Positions 47,776 through 57,945 of a stretch of 63,895 nucleotides of DNA are shown here, in pieces. The notes under the pieces are model-generated. The model was not told the DNA's origin. It searched no databases and saw only the letters and a program-made list of their open reading frames with translations. A program made the translations under genes and the position numbers. This DNA comes from Bacilli bacterium (GTDB taxonomy: Bacteria > Bacillota_I > Bacilli_A > RFN20 > CAG-826). Every line of letters begins with the position of its first letter. Positions within the stretch are counted from its first letter, which is position 1. Where the stretch lies: contig JAKSVI010000005.1 in the NCBI GenBank assembly GCA_024408095.1, positions 1 through 63,895 of the forward strand, written 5' to 3'.

Positions 47776-49264
47776 TGATGAAATACTCTCGATTGAAGGA
47801 TTATCAAAATCTTTTGGAAACGTCCATGTTTTGAAAAATGTTTCTTTAAAGTTGAAAAAAGGAAGCATTTTAGGCTTGATGGGTGAAAATGGTGCTGGTA
47901 AATCAACTTTAATGAATTGTTTATTTGGTTCATTAAAAATCGATAGTGGGAAAATAATTTATAATAATCGACACGTAACTTTTAAAGGACCAAAAGATGC
48001 CTTAGAGCAAGGAATCACTATGGTTCATCAAGAATTAAATTTGTGCCTTAATCGTTCAATTATGGACAATATGTTCCTTGGAAGATATCCTTCAAAATGG
48101 GGTATTGTTGATAGCAGAACTCTTTATAACAAGTGCGAAGAAATATTTAATTCTTTGTCATTAAATTTTTCTCCTAAAACAATTATGAACACTCTTAGCA
48201 TTAGCGAATGTCAACTTGTTGAAATCGCTAAAGTTATGTCTTATGATGCAAAAGTTATCATCCTAGATGAACCAACTTCATCATTAAGTGATAAAGAAAC
48301 CAAAATACTATTTAATTTAATTAATGATTTAAAAAATAAAGGTGTTAGTTTTATTTTCATCTCTCATAAGATGGAAGAAATTTTCACTCTTTGTGATGAT
48401 ATCCTAGTTTTAAGAGATGGCTTTGTCACATTAAACAAATCAATTAAGGAAACAAATCTTGATGAAGTTGTGACCGCGATGATTGGAAGAAAACTAGAAT
48501 CACGTTTCCCAAAACTTAATAGTGATCTGAAAGAGACCATATTAGAACTTAAAAATCTAACAACCAAATATCCTCCTCAATTAGTGGATATTAATTTTAC
48601 TTTGCATAAAGGTGAAATTTTAGGAGTCTATGGTTTAGTTGGATCAGGAAGAACAAGATTATTATCGACTTTATTTGGCTTAAGAGCGGTCGCTTATGGA
48701 GAGATTATTTTTAATGGCAAAAGAGTAAAGTTTAAAAATAATAGAGATGCAATTAAAAATAATTTTGCTTTCATCAGCGAAGAAAGAAAAGCGACCGGCA
48801 TGTTTGCTAAGCAATCAATTAAATTTAATAACAGTATTACTTACCTAGATAAGTTTTCTCATTTTGGTTTTTTAAGTAATAAAGAAATGAATGAAGCTTC
48901 AGACCGAATGATTGAAGAAATGAAAGTTAAATGCATTGATAGAAATGAAATCATATCTTCATTAAGTGGTGGAAACCAACAAAAAGTAATTATTGGAAAA
49001 TGGCTTCAAAAGAATCCAGATATATTAATTATGGATGAACCAACAAGAGGCATTGATATTATATCAAAATATCAAGTATATGAATTAATTGTTGAATTAA
49101 CTAAACAAGGTAAAGCAGTTATTATTTCTTCAAGTGAAATGCCAGAAATAATGGGAATTACACATAATATTTTAGTTATGTCGAATCACAAAATAGCGGG
49201 AATACTACCCACTAAAGAGGCAAGCGAAGAAAAAATAATCAAGCTTTGTACAAAATATTTATAA
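47765..49264 (+). CDS. mglA: sugar ABC transporter ATP-binding protein (two NBDs)
   Basis: GENGAGKSTL, VHQELN, DEPTSSL, LSGGNQQKV, DEPTRGID. Confidence 0.92.
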   Translation: METSDEILSIEGLSKSFGNVHVLKNVSLKLKKGSILGLMGENGAGKSTLMNCLFGSLKIDSGKIIYNNRHVTFKGPKDALEQGITMVHQELNLCLNRSIMDNMFLGRYPSKWGIVDSRTLYNKCEEIFNSLSLNFSPKTIMNTLSISECQLVEIAKVMSYDAKVIILDEPTSSLSDKETKILFNLINDLKNKGVSFIFISHKMEEIFTLCDDILVLRDGFVTLNKSIKETNLDEVVTAMIGRKLESRFPKLNSDLKETILELKNLTTKYPPQLVDINFTLHKGEILGVYGLVGSGRTRLLSTLFGLRAVAYGEIIFNGKRVKFKNNRDAIKNNFAFISEERKATGMFAKQSIKFNNSITYLDKFSHFGFLSNKEMNEASDRMIEEMKVKCIDRNEIISSLSGGNQQKVIIGKWLQKNPDILIMDEPTRGIDIISKYQVYELIVELTKQGKAVIISSSEMPEIMGITHNILVMSNHKIAGILPTKEASEEKIIKLCTKYL

Positions 49265-49277
49265 TGGGGGTTATTTT

Positions 49278-51080
49278 ATGGACGAAAAAAAGATGGACCT
49301 AATTCAAATTAAAAAGCTAGTGGAATCAACTCATCAAAAATATATAGATGCTAGTATTAAATTTGCAAATAAAGAAATTAGTAAAGAAGAATATAATAAA
49401 GAGCTTCAAAATTTTAATCAAAACAAAAAAGAAATTTTGTCTATAACCCAAGATTTTAATAGTGAAAATTATGACCCCGCTGTTTCTTTTGCTTATGAAG
49501 TTGATATTGAAAAAAATGAAACAGTTAAAAATGAATTAATCAAATTATCTGAACTTAAAAAAGATGGTGAAGATAAGATTAACTCTATTAAAGAAAAAAT
49601 TAGAAATATTCATTTAACTAAAAACATCAAAACAAATGAAAAGAAAGAAATGATTAAACCTCTTAAGGAGGAATTAGAAGCTGCTAAGGTTGTCGCAAAA
49701 GAAAATAAAAAAGCAGTTAAGGAATTATCTACTAAATTAAGATTTATCATTAAAAAATTAGGGAAGATATCTTTCTATTATTCAAAAGTAACTAATAATC
49801 ATAATAAATTTGTGGCTAAAAATACTTTTGATAAGAAAGTAAAAGAAGAAAATGAACAATATCTTTCAAAATCAAAAACTTGTTCAACTAAAAAAGAAAA
49901 ACGTATTTTAAAAGGCGAACATAATTCGAAACTCAGTGAATATCGACGCGATTATAAAATGGTTAATGCCAACTGTCATGAAGAAATAGAAAGCGCCTTC
50001 ATGAAAGTTTATTCCTTAATTAAAAAAATAAATAATGGATATTCTTTAGAAGATAAAATAAATGTTAAATTGTTTGAATTTAAGCATAATTTTGATTTGG
50101 CTATTTTCTTAAGAAAATATTCATTATATTTTGTTATTCTTATTTTCTTTATCATCTGTGCGATTATCGCCGAATATCAAGGCAACCCCTTATTAACATT
50201 TAGAACAATTGAAACAATCTGTATTCAATCATCTACAAAAGTATTCTTTTCTTTAGGTGTTGCTGGTCTAATCCTTATTGGTGGAACAGACTTATCAATT
50301 GGTCGTATGACTGGTATGGCGGCGACATTCTCTTGTTTGTTTTTATCTCAACTCGTATTTGAAACAAATATTGGAACATTAGATATGATAATGCCCCAAG
50401 CACTCGCAATCTTTTTAGGTATGCTTGTTTGTATTTTCTCTACAACTTTATTTTCTTCTATCGCTGGATTTTTTACCGCTAAACTTAAGATCCATCCATT
50501 TATTACTACATTAGCTACTCAATTATTAATTTATGGTTTAATGATGGTTTGTTTCTCTCAAGTTCCTGCCTTTACAATGAACTCCGATATTAAAATTGGT
50601 ATTACTGGTGAATTTGGTTGGAAATTAGTTATTTATGCAGTTATCGCTATTATTCTAGTTTGGTTAATTTGGAATAAAACAAAATTTGGAAAACATATGT
50701 ACGCAGTTGGCGATAATAAACAAGCCGCTAAAGTAAGTGGAATTAATGTTTTCTGGGTGACTATGGGAGTATTTATTTTAGCTGGTGTTCTTTATGGTGT
50801 TGGTGGATTCTTAGAAGGTGCTCGTATTGGTAATGCTAATCCATCAACTGGTTTAGGTACTGAATTAGATGCTATTGCTGCCTGTGTTATTGGTGGTATT
50901 TCATTTAGTGGTGGTAAAGGAAAAGTTAGCGGTGCCGTTATTGGTACAATTGTTTTCTCTATACTATCTTATTGTTTAACATATATTGGTCTAGATATAA
51001 ATTACCAATTTATTTTTAAAGGAGTAATTATTTTAGCTGCTATTTGTTTTGATTCACTTAAATTTCTTCAAAAAGAGTAG
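49278..51080 (+). CDS. mglC: sugar ABC transporter permease with N-terminal coiled-coil extension
   Basis: GTDLSIGR, IHPFITTLATQ, TKFGKHMYAVG.N..AA..SG, ELDAIAACVIGG. Confidence 0.88.
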   Translation: MDEKKMDLIQIKKLVESTHQKYIDASIKFANKEISKEEYNKELQNFNQNKKEILSITQDFNSENYDPAVSFAYEVDIEKNETVKNELIKLSELKKDGEDKINSIKEKIRNIHLTKNIKTNEKKEMIKPLKEELEAAKVVAKENKKAVKELSTKLRFIIKKLGKISFYYSKVTNNHNKFVAKNTFDKKVKEENEQYLSKSKTCSTKKEKRILKGEHNSKLSEYRRDYKMVNANCHEEIESAFMKVYSLIKKINNGYSLEDKINVKLFEFKHNFDLAIFLRKYSLYFVILIFFIICAIIAEYQGNPLLTFRTIETICIQSSTKVFFSLGVAGLILIGGTDLSIGRMTGMAATFSCLFLSQLVFETNIGTLDMIMPQALAIFLGMLVCIFSTTLFSSIAGFFTAKLKIHPFITTLATQLLIYGLMMVCFSQVPAFTMNSDIKIGITGEFGWKLVIYAVIAIILVWLIWNKTKFGKHMYAVGDNKQAAKVSGINVFWVTMGVFILAGVLYGVGGFLEGARIGNANPSTGLGTELDAIAACVIGGISFSGGKGKVSGAVIGTIVFSILSYCLTYIGLDINYQFIFKGVIILAAICFDSLKFLQKE

Positions 51081-51256
51081 CGTTTAACTTTATAGGTACA
51101 TTAGTTTTTGTTGAATTTATCGTTATGGTTAGAAGATGATATTGCCGTGTTAAAGTGGTATTTCATACTCCGAATTCATCTACAAAGGTCAATTGCTTTA
51201 AAATAATGCAATTTTATAAAACATTTGTTGTAAAATACAATTGTAGGTAATCTATT

Positions 51257-53038
51257 ATGTCAAAGAAGAAAATATTATTTCCAATTTCATTAGTGATAGC
51301 TACTGCTGTTGGAAGTTTTTCACTAATGGGGTGTCAGAAGATTATTAGCGCTGACACAGTTATTTATGGAACCATAATGACTGCAAACACAAATAATCCT
51401 ACTGCTACAGCCATTGCCATTAAAGATGGTAAATACATTTATGTTGGCGATGAGAATGGTGTTAAACCATATATTGACTCTAATGGAACAAATATCGTTG
51501 ATCACCGTGGAAAAGGAATGGTTATGCCAGGCTGTACTGATGGTCATTCTCATTACACCATGAAATTTGGTATGGAAAAAATGAAGGGTGGCATCATGTT
51601 TGATCTCAAAGATGATAAGGCCTCTGTTTTATCAAAACTGAATGCCGCTACTCTTAAAGCTAAACAAGCAGGAAAAAAGACACTTTTTGGTTTTGGTTGG
51701 AACTATGTAGCTCTTACAAATGATCCTCCAACATTACGCGAACTTGACGATAATAGTAATGGAATATCCATAATAATTTTTGATCAAGGTGGACATCATG
51801 CCTTTTGTAATTCAGAGTGTTTAAGAAGAAGTGGAATCATCGATGGTAAGGGTGGAGTACTTATTACTAAGATTGATGGTGGATTTCTTGAGTTAGATAA
51901 AAATGGATATCCAACTGGATACGCTGAAGAACGTGTAACGGGTTATATGATGCGTAATGGTGGAATTGACTATAACGAACTTATTGATGACGAAGTCGCA
52001 GCAGCTTCAATTCTTGATACACAAAATTTATTACTTTCTACAGGATATACAATGGCGTTAGATGGATGGAGTAATATGTTTCATCCAACTAAACTATATG
52101 AGGCTGCTAATCGTTTAGATGTCGGAGGATATCTTAAGATTGTTTTCCCTATGACATATGAAGTTGAACCATGGCAAAAGAATATCAGTGATGAAATTAC
52201 TACATTAGTTAATCTAAAAAAAGATTATGCAACAAAACACGTACTTTTAGATTATTTGAAATTATTTATGGATGGCGTCGTAGAAACAAAAACTGGTGCG
52301 ATGATGATACCTTATAAAGATGGCACAGATTATAAGAGCTTTTGGTCAGTAGACCGTTTGTCAGACATAACTCGTGAATGTAACTCTAAAGGCGTTACTG
52401 TCCATGCACACGTAATGGGCGATGCCGCAATTAAAGAGACTACAGATGCTTATATACAAGGCGGAGATAAAATACATCGAAACGCTATGGTTCACTTACG
52501 TAATGTACGAGAAGAAGATTTTGAGCGTATTGCTAAAAATAATATTGCATGTAGTGCTGGTATCACATGGCATGTTGATGGCGGTGAAGGATCATATGAA
52601 TATTTTTCTAAGTTTTTAGATGATAAATATATAAACCATTCATATCCAATAAAATCTTTCTTTAATGCCGGAGTAAAGGTGTCTAGCCATTCAGATTTCC
52701 CTGCTAATAATCCTTCTCCTCAAGATCCTTTTGGAATTATATCTATTGGTGTTACAGGTCAAATGATAGATTCTAATACAGGAAAAATGCTTCCAGTATA
52801 CGATAAAGATGAATTGATTAGTGTTGAACAAGCTTTTGAAGCATTAACTATTAATGGTGCTTGGCAACTTGGATTAGAAAAAGAACGCGGCAGTATTGAA
52901 GTTGGTAAATACGCTGACTTTGTATTAGCTGATAAGGATATATTTACTTGTGAAGCTTCTGAAATAGGTAACACAAAGGTCGTTTCTACATGGTTTGAAG
53001 GCAAAAATGTATTTACCGCAAAACCTAATGTTAATTAA
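51257..53038 (+). CDS. amidohydrolase-3 (YtcJ-like) metallohydrolase, predicted lipoprotein
   Basis: Lipobox LMGC, PGCTDGHSH, KLFMDG, HAHVMGD, TINGAWQLG.....GSIEVGKYAD. Confidence 0.9.
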   Translation: MSKKKILFPISLVIATAVGSFSLMGCQKIISADTVIYGTIMTANTNNPTATAIAIKDGKYIYVGDENGVKPYIDSNGTNIVDHRGKGMVMPGCTDGHSHYTMKFGMEKMKGGIMFDLKDDKASVLSKLNAATLKAKQAGKKTLFGFGWNYVALTNDPPTLRELDDNSNGISIIIFDQGGHHAFCNSECLRRSGIIDGKGGVLITKIDGGFLELDKNGYPTGYAEERVTGYMMRNGGIDYNELIDDEVAAASILDTQNLLLSTGYTMALDGWSNMFHPTKLYEAANRLDVGGYLKIVFPMTYEVEPWQKNISDEITTLVNLKKDYATKHVLLDYLKLFMDGVVETKTGAMMIPYKDGTDYKSFWSVDRLSDITRECNSKGVTVHAHVMGDAAIKETTDAYIQGGDKIHRNAMVHLRNVREEDFERIAKNNIACSAGITWHVDGGEGSYEYFSKFLDDKYINHSYPIKSFFNAGVKVSSHSDFPANNPSPQDPFGIISIGVTGQMIDSNTGKMLPVYDKDELISVEQAFEALTINGAWQLGLEKERGSIEVGKYADFVLADKDIFTCEASEIGNTKVVSTWFEGKNVFTAKPNVN

Positions 53039-53224
53039 ATATTTTTTAGGAAGTAAGCGGGAAATTTTTAACTTCATTACAAGAACAAAATTAACAAAAT
53101 ATTCCCATTCTCGTAAATAATCACAAAGTTTATCAAGTAAATTTAAAAAGGTTTTTACACGTGCATAAGAGTATAATAAAATTAGTTTGTAAATTCATAG
53201 AATAAGCATTTGAGGAGAATTTTT

Positions 53225-53521
53225 ATGACGATTGAAAAGAAATTTAATGGTGAAAGTTTAACACTTCTTCTTATTGGTAGATTAGATACAACAACATCTC
53301 CAGATTTAGAAAGAGAGATTCAAGAATCAACAAAAGGTATTAAGAGTTTAACATTAGATTTCAAGGATCTTGAATACATTTCATCCGCAGGACTTAGAGT
53401 AGTTTTGGGCGCTCAAAAATTAATGAGCAGACAAGGTCAAATGAATTTAATTAATGTTCCAGATGCAATCAAAGACATTTTTGAAATGACTGGATTTAGT
53501 GAAATTCTTAATATTGAATAG
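53225..53521 (+). CDS. STAS-domain anti-sigma-factor antagonist
   Basis: GRLDT.TSP, LEYISSAGLRV (phosphoacceptor Ser), FEMTGF; GAGGAG RBS. Confidence 0.92.
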   Translation: MTIEKKFNGESLTLLLIGRLDTTTSPDLEREIQESTKGIKSLTLDFKDLEYISSAGLRVVLGAQKLMSRQGQMNLINVPDAIKDIFEMTGFSEILNIE

Positions 53522-53527
53522 TATAAA

Positions 53528-55366
53528 ATGACAATTAAAGAATGGATTAAGACGGATTATTCCGAAGTAGAAGATCCTTCTTATAAAAATGAACTTAAAG
53601 CAAATAAATTTTTAGGTATTACTCTATTTTTTATAGGAGTGATTAGTTTATTATGCTTAATTTTTCAATTAACAGGTGTTTTTCATATTAAAGCTGTTGC
53701 TGAAATTATTATTTTCTTTTCAGTTTTAATTTTTTTCTCACTTACTGGTTGTTTAATTGCATACTTAACTAATGGCAAAAAGCCTTATGTAAGATTTGCA
53801 TTACTTTTTGACGTTATTGTAATTGCTATTGCTGCTGATATGTTTCTATCCTTTTATGGCATTTTGTTTTTAGCAGTTCCTTTTATTTGCGTATCGCGTT
53901 ATGCAAATAGAAAACTTTCAATAAGAGTTAGCATAGCAATTTTGGTAATGGTATTAATAAATGGCTTTCTTGCGTTTTTCACTAATGTTCAATACGATTT
54001 AAATGTTTTACCAGATTCATTAATTGCTTCTTATATAGAAAATCGAAGTGCATTGAGTTATTGGGAATATACAGAACCAATTATGTTATTTAGCGTTCTA
54101 CCAAAACAATTGATTTTAGCTTTGATAGGATTATTGACTGTTGGTAATGCTTCTAGCGTTCAAAGGTTCACCAAAGAAGAAGCAAGACATCAAGTCCTTG
54201 AAAATAGAATTAATGGGGAATTAGCTTTTGCTAAATCATTGCAAGAAAGCATGCTTCCTGTATCTAAGAATGCTTTTCCAAATGTTGATTGTTTTACAAT
54301 TTGTGGAAGCATGATTCCTGCAAAAGAAATTGGTGGAGATTTATATGATTATTTCTTAATTGATGACCAACATTTAGCTATTGTTATCGGGGACGTTAGT
54401 GGAAAAGGTGTTCCCGCCAGTTTATTCATGGGAATGAGCAGGATAATTATTAAAAATATGTTATTAGAAAATATTAATCTAGAGGATGCGGTAGCAAAGA
54501 TCAACGATATGCTTTGCCGCGACAATAAGTTTGGTTTATTTGTTACTTCTTGGATTGGTGTATTAGATCTTCATAGTGGTGATTTAACTTATGTGAATGC
54601 AGGGCATAATTTCCCAATATTGTGCAAAAATAACGTTTACTCGTTCATGAAAGAAAAATCCGGTATCGCATTAGGTGTTGTCAATAAGAAAACTTATAAG
54701 CAATATAAAGTCAATTTGAAACCTAATGACAGATTACTTATTTATACTGACGGAGTAACTGAGGCTGTTAATTTAGAAAATGAACTATATTCTGAAAATC
54801 GATTAATCGATTTTGTTAAAAAACATAATTCTGATGATGAAGAATTAATTGCTGATATCTTATCCGAGATTAAAACATATCAAGAAGGTAGAGAACAATT
54901 TGATGATATCACCATTGTTTCACTTACATTTAAAAAATATTTAAATAAGAAGAATGTAAAAAAAGAATTTCCAGCGCTTGTGGAAAGTTTTACTCAGGTA
55001 AGTGAATTTATCGAAGAAACATTAACAGACTATGAAATTGATTTAAAATTTATTAACCAAATTAATATTGCTGTTGAAGAAATTTTTACCAACATTGCAA
55101 AATATGGTTTTAAAGGAATTCATAATGGCAAAGTGACTGTTGATATTACGTTTGTTAATAAAGAAGTTACTATTACCACATATGACAATTCACCAAAATT
55201 TGATCCTTTCTCCAGAAAAGATCCAGATATTACACTTACTGCTGAAGATAGGCCTATTGGTGGTCTGGGCATCTTTATGGTTAAAAAATTAATGGATGAA
55301 GTAAATTACAAGTATGAAAACGATACTAATGTCATCTCTATTAAAAAGAAGATTTATAGTAAATAA
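53528..55366 (+). CDS. membrane SpoIIE/PP2C phosphatase fused to a HATPase_c anti-sigma kinase domain
   Basis: About 6 TM; GGDLYD, DVSGKGVPA, NAGH, YTDGVTEA, DDIT; EEIFTNIAKY and GGLGIFMVKKLMD. Confidence 0.92.
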   Translation: MTIKEWIKTDYSEVEDPSYKNELKANKFLGITLFFIGVISLLCLIFQLTGVFHIKAVAEIIIFFSVLIFFSLTGCLIAYLTNGKKPYVRFALLFDVIVIAIAADMFLSFYGILFLAVPFICVSRYANRKLSIRVSIAILVMVLINGFLAFFTNVQYDLNVLPDSLIASYIENRSALSYWEYTEPIMLFSVLPKQLILALIGLLTVGNASSVQRFTKEEARHQVLENRINGELAFAKSLQESMLPVSKNAFPNVDCFTICGSMIPAKEIGGDLYDYFLIDDQHLAIVIGDVSGKGVPASLFMGMSRIIIKNMLLENINLEDAVAKINDMLCRDNKFGLFVTSWIGVLDLHSGDLTYVNAGHNFPILCKNNVYSFMKEKSGIALGVVNKKTYKQYKVNLKPNDRLLIYTDGVTEAVNLENELYSENRLIDFVKKHNSDDEELIADILSEIKTYQEGREQFDDITIVSLTFKKYLNKKNVKKEFPALVESFTQVSEFIEETLTDYEIDLKFINQINIAVEEIFTNIAKYGFKGIHNGKVTVDITFVNKEVTITTYDNSPKFDPFSRKDPDITLTAEDRPIGGLGIFMVKKLMDEVNYKYENDTNVISIKKKIYSK

Positions 55367-55518
55367 GGATTTGGTTGGGGATTCCTAGGCAAGATTATGC
55401 CGATTACAAGTCTTAAAAATTAAAAAAATTTGATTTTGTCGAACTTTTTTGTGAATGGCATTAAATGTTTGGACATGTAAAGACAAAACGGCATGAAAAT
55501 AACAACTTACACAAAGTA

Positions 55519-55547
55519 TTGAAATTCTTGCCGATTGGTGTTACCAT
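55519..55547 (+). promoter_or_regulatory. promoter of a leaderless Fic transcript
   Basis: TTGAAA-N17-TACCAT with TG extension; ATG follows after 6 nt; no SD. Confidence 0.6.
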
Positions 55548-55553
55548 TTAGTC

Positions 55554-56447
55554 ATGAAATATTTAACAGTAAAAGAGTATTCAAAGAAATGGAATATATC
55601 GGAAAGAACTGCACGTAATTATTGTTCTTCTAGGAAAATAAAAGGAGTCTATCAAAATGGAGGCTGTTGGTGTATTCCGGAAGATGCTGATTTGCCACGA
55701 AGAATTAACGAAAATAAAAATAACAATTATCTTTTAAAAGCTCTTCGTTTAGAGAAAAAAGACGGAATTAAAGGAAGAATATATCATCGCTTACAAATTG
55801 ATTTAACTTATAATTCAAATCATATAGAAGGCAGCAAATTAACACATGATGAGACACGATATATTTTTGAGACTAGAACCATTGGTATTGAAGACAAATC
55901 GAAAGTTTATAAAATTGACGATATTGTAGAAACAATCAATCACTTTGAATGCATTGATCGAGTGATAGATTTTTGCAATTATTCATTATCTGAAAGTTTC
56001 ATAAAAGAATTACATAAGATTTTAAAAACTGGCACTAGCGATGCTAAAAAATCATATTTTGCAGTCGGAGATTATAAAAAATTAGAAAACGAGGTTGGTG
56101 ATATTCAAACTACGCCTCCACAGTTGGTTGAATCAGAAATTAATAAATTATTAGAGGATTATAATGCAAAAGACAAACATACTTTTGATGAAATCTTAGA
56201 TTTTCATGTTAAATTTGAAAGAATCCACCCTTTTCAAGATGGAAACGGAAGAATAGGAAGGCTTATAATTTTTAAAGAATGCCTTAAAAACAACATTGTT
56301 CCATTTATTATTACAGAAGAACTGAAAATGTTTTATTATCGTGGTTTATCAAAGTGGAACGATGAAAAAGGATGGCTCAGAGATACATGTCTAACCGGAC
56401 AAGATATCATTAAGAGTTATCTTGATTATTTTCACATAAAGCATTAA
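55554..56447 (+). CDS. Fic-family protein with N-terminal HTH
   Basis: HPFQDGNGRIGR Fic motif; YNSNHIEG; N-terminal wHTH-like KEYSKKWNISERT. Confidence 0.93.
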   Translation: MKYLTVKEYSKKWNISERTARNYCSSRKIKGVYQNGGCWCIPEDADLPRRINENKNNNYLLKALRLEKKDGIKGRIYHRLQIDLTYNSNHIEGSKLTHDETRYIFETRTIGIEDKSKVYKIDDIVETINHFECIDRVIDFCNYSLSESFIKELHKILKTGTSDAKKSYFAVGDYKKLENEVGDIQTTPPQLVESEINKLLEDYNAKDKHTFDEILDFHVKFERIHPFQDGNGRIGRLIIFKECLKNNIVPFIITEELKMFYYRGLSKWNDEKGWLRDTCLTGQDIIKSYLDYFHIKH

Positions 56448-56470
56448 AAAAGTTTGAATTCATCGTTTTT

Positions 56471-56542
56471 TATAAATGTCCTTAAATGTTTGGACACACG
56501 AGCACTTTTGAGACCAAATGTTTGGACACGCAAGGTTCAAAA
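56471..56542 (+). repeat. ~72-bp direct repeat, copy upstream of the HTH-HipA module
   Basis: ATGTCCTTAAATGTTTGGACACACGAGCACTTTTGAGACCAAATGTTTGGACAC; near match at 57946-58017. Confidence 0.88.
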
Positions 56543-56611
56543 TGGTTAATTAGAAAAAGAAATAATATTTTATATTGCTTCTTCGCTTAGATTTTTTAAA
56601 TAATTTTATTC

Positions 56612-56640
56612 TTGATAATAGGTCGGTTTACCGATATAAT
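56612..56640 (+). promoter_or_regulatory. promoter of a leaderless HTH-HipA operon with a palindromic operator candidate
   Basis: TTGATA-N17-TATAAT; TCGGT-tt-ACCGA in the spacer; ATG follows after 6 nt. Confidence 0.75.
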
Positions 56641-56646
56641 AATTAC

Positions 56647-57030
56647 ATGACATTTCTAGATTTAGTTTCAGAAAAGCAATTGACACTTTATAAAATTAGC
56701 ATGATGTGTGGATTACCAAAAACAACACTTCATGATATTTCCTCAGGTAAAAGCGATTTGCTAAATTGTAGTGGCAAAACATTATTAGATATATCGAAAG
56801 TGTTGGGCGTATCAATTGAAGATCTATTAATGTTAGAAAAAGAAGATAAAAAAGAAGAATTTCCATTATTTTTAAACAAATCAATTGAAAATTTAAGAAA
56901 AGCAATTAGAACTAATTCAACTCTCATCGATTGTTATTATGATGAACTTGCGAGTTCAATTAATGTTGCAGAAGTTGATGGATATATAACTAAAGAAATA
57001 GCTAACAAATTAAGAATGAGGTATCTGTAA
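56647..57030 (+). CDS. XRE-type HTH protein (putative antitoxin)
   Basis: LTLYKISMMCGLPKTTLHDISSGK HTH; immediately upstream of a HipA-like kinase. Confidence 0.82.
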   Translation: MTFLDLVSEKQLTLYKISMMCGLPKTTLHDISSGKSDLLNCSGKTLLDISKVLGVSIEDLLMLEKEDKKEEFPLFLNKSIENLRKAIRTNSTLIDCYYDELASSINVAEVDGYITKEIANKLRMRYL

Positions 57031-57031
57031 T

Positions 57032-57895
57032 ATGATAGATTTTACAAATTTTGAGACAAAGAAAAAAGCATATGGTGGAGCAAACGGAAATAAAATCTCA
57101 ATTATTTATAAAAACGAAATTTATATGCTTAAACTCCCAACGCATTCATTAAAAAATAAAAGTCTTTCTTATACAAACAGCGCAATTTCAGAATATCTTG
57201 GTTGCTCTATTTTTAAGATGCTTGGTATTGATGCACAAGAGACTATTCTTGGAAAATATGTATATCATAATGTCGAAAGAATCGTTGTTGCTTGCAAGGA
57301 TTTTGTAAAAAATGGAGAGCAACTTTTCGATTTTGCAAGTGTTAAAAATCAAATCATAGATTCTAATTCAAATGGTTATGGCACCGAACTCGATGATATC
57401 TTAGAAACAATTGAAAAACAAAGTGTTATAGACACAAAACTTTTAAAAGATCGATTTTGGGATATGTTTGTAATTGATGCATTAATTGGTAACTGGGATA
57501 GACATAATGGAAACTGGGGATTTTTGTACAATCAAAAAGAAGATTCACTATCACTGGCTCCCATATATGATTGCGGTTCTTGTTTATTCCCACAAATAGA
57601 TGAAGGAACGATTGATAAAGTTCTGAAATCAAAGCAAGAGCAAAACGCACGCGTTTTCGATGTTCCAACAAGTGCAATAATAAAAAATGGTGCGAGAATA
57701 AAATACTATGAATTCTTTGCTAAACACGAGTATAAAGATTGCGACAATGCAATTAAAAGAATTTCATGTAAAGTGAATGTCGAAATGATAAACAATCTTA
57801 TAGATGGTGTTACAGTTCTTAGTGAAAAGCATAAAGAATTTCTTAAATTAATGATTAATCTAAGGTATCAAAATTTATTGCTGAAAAATAGTTAA
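57032..57895 (+). CDS. HipA-like (CtkA-type) kinase toxin
   Basis: YMLK, SEYLG, DALIGNWDRHNGNWG, LAPIYDCGS. Confidence 0.9.
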   Translation: MIDFTNFETKKKAYGGANGNKISIIYKNEIYMLKLPTHSLKNKSLSYTNSAISEYLGCSIFKMLGIDAQETILGKYVYHNVERIVVACKDFVKNGEQLFDFASVKNQIIDSNSNGYGTELDDILETIEKQSVIDTKLLKDRFWDMFVIDALIGNWDRHNGNWGFLYNQKEDSLSLAPIYDCGSCLFPQIDEGTIDKVLKSKQEQNARVFDVPTSAIIKNGARIKYYEFFAKHEYKDCDNAIKRISCKVNVEMINNLIDGVTVLSEKHKEFLKLMINLRYQNLLLKNS

Positions 57896-57945
57896 CATTA
57901 GTTTTATACAGGGAATAAAAAAAGTTCGATTTAGTCGAACTAACT

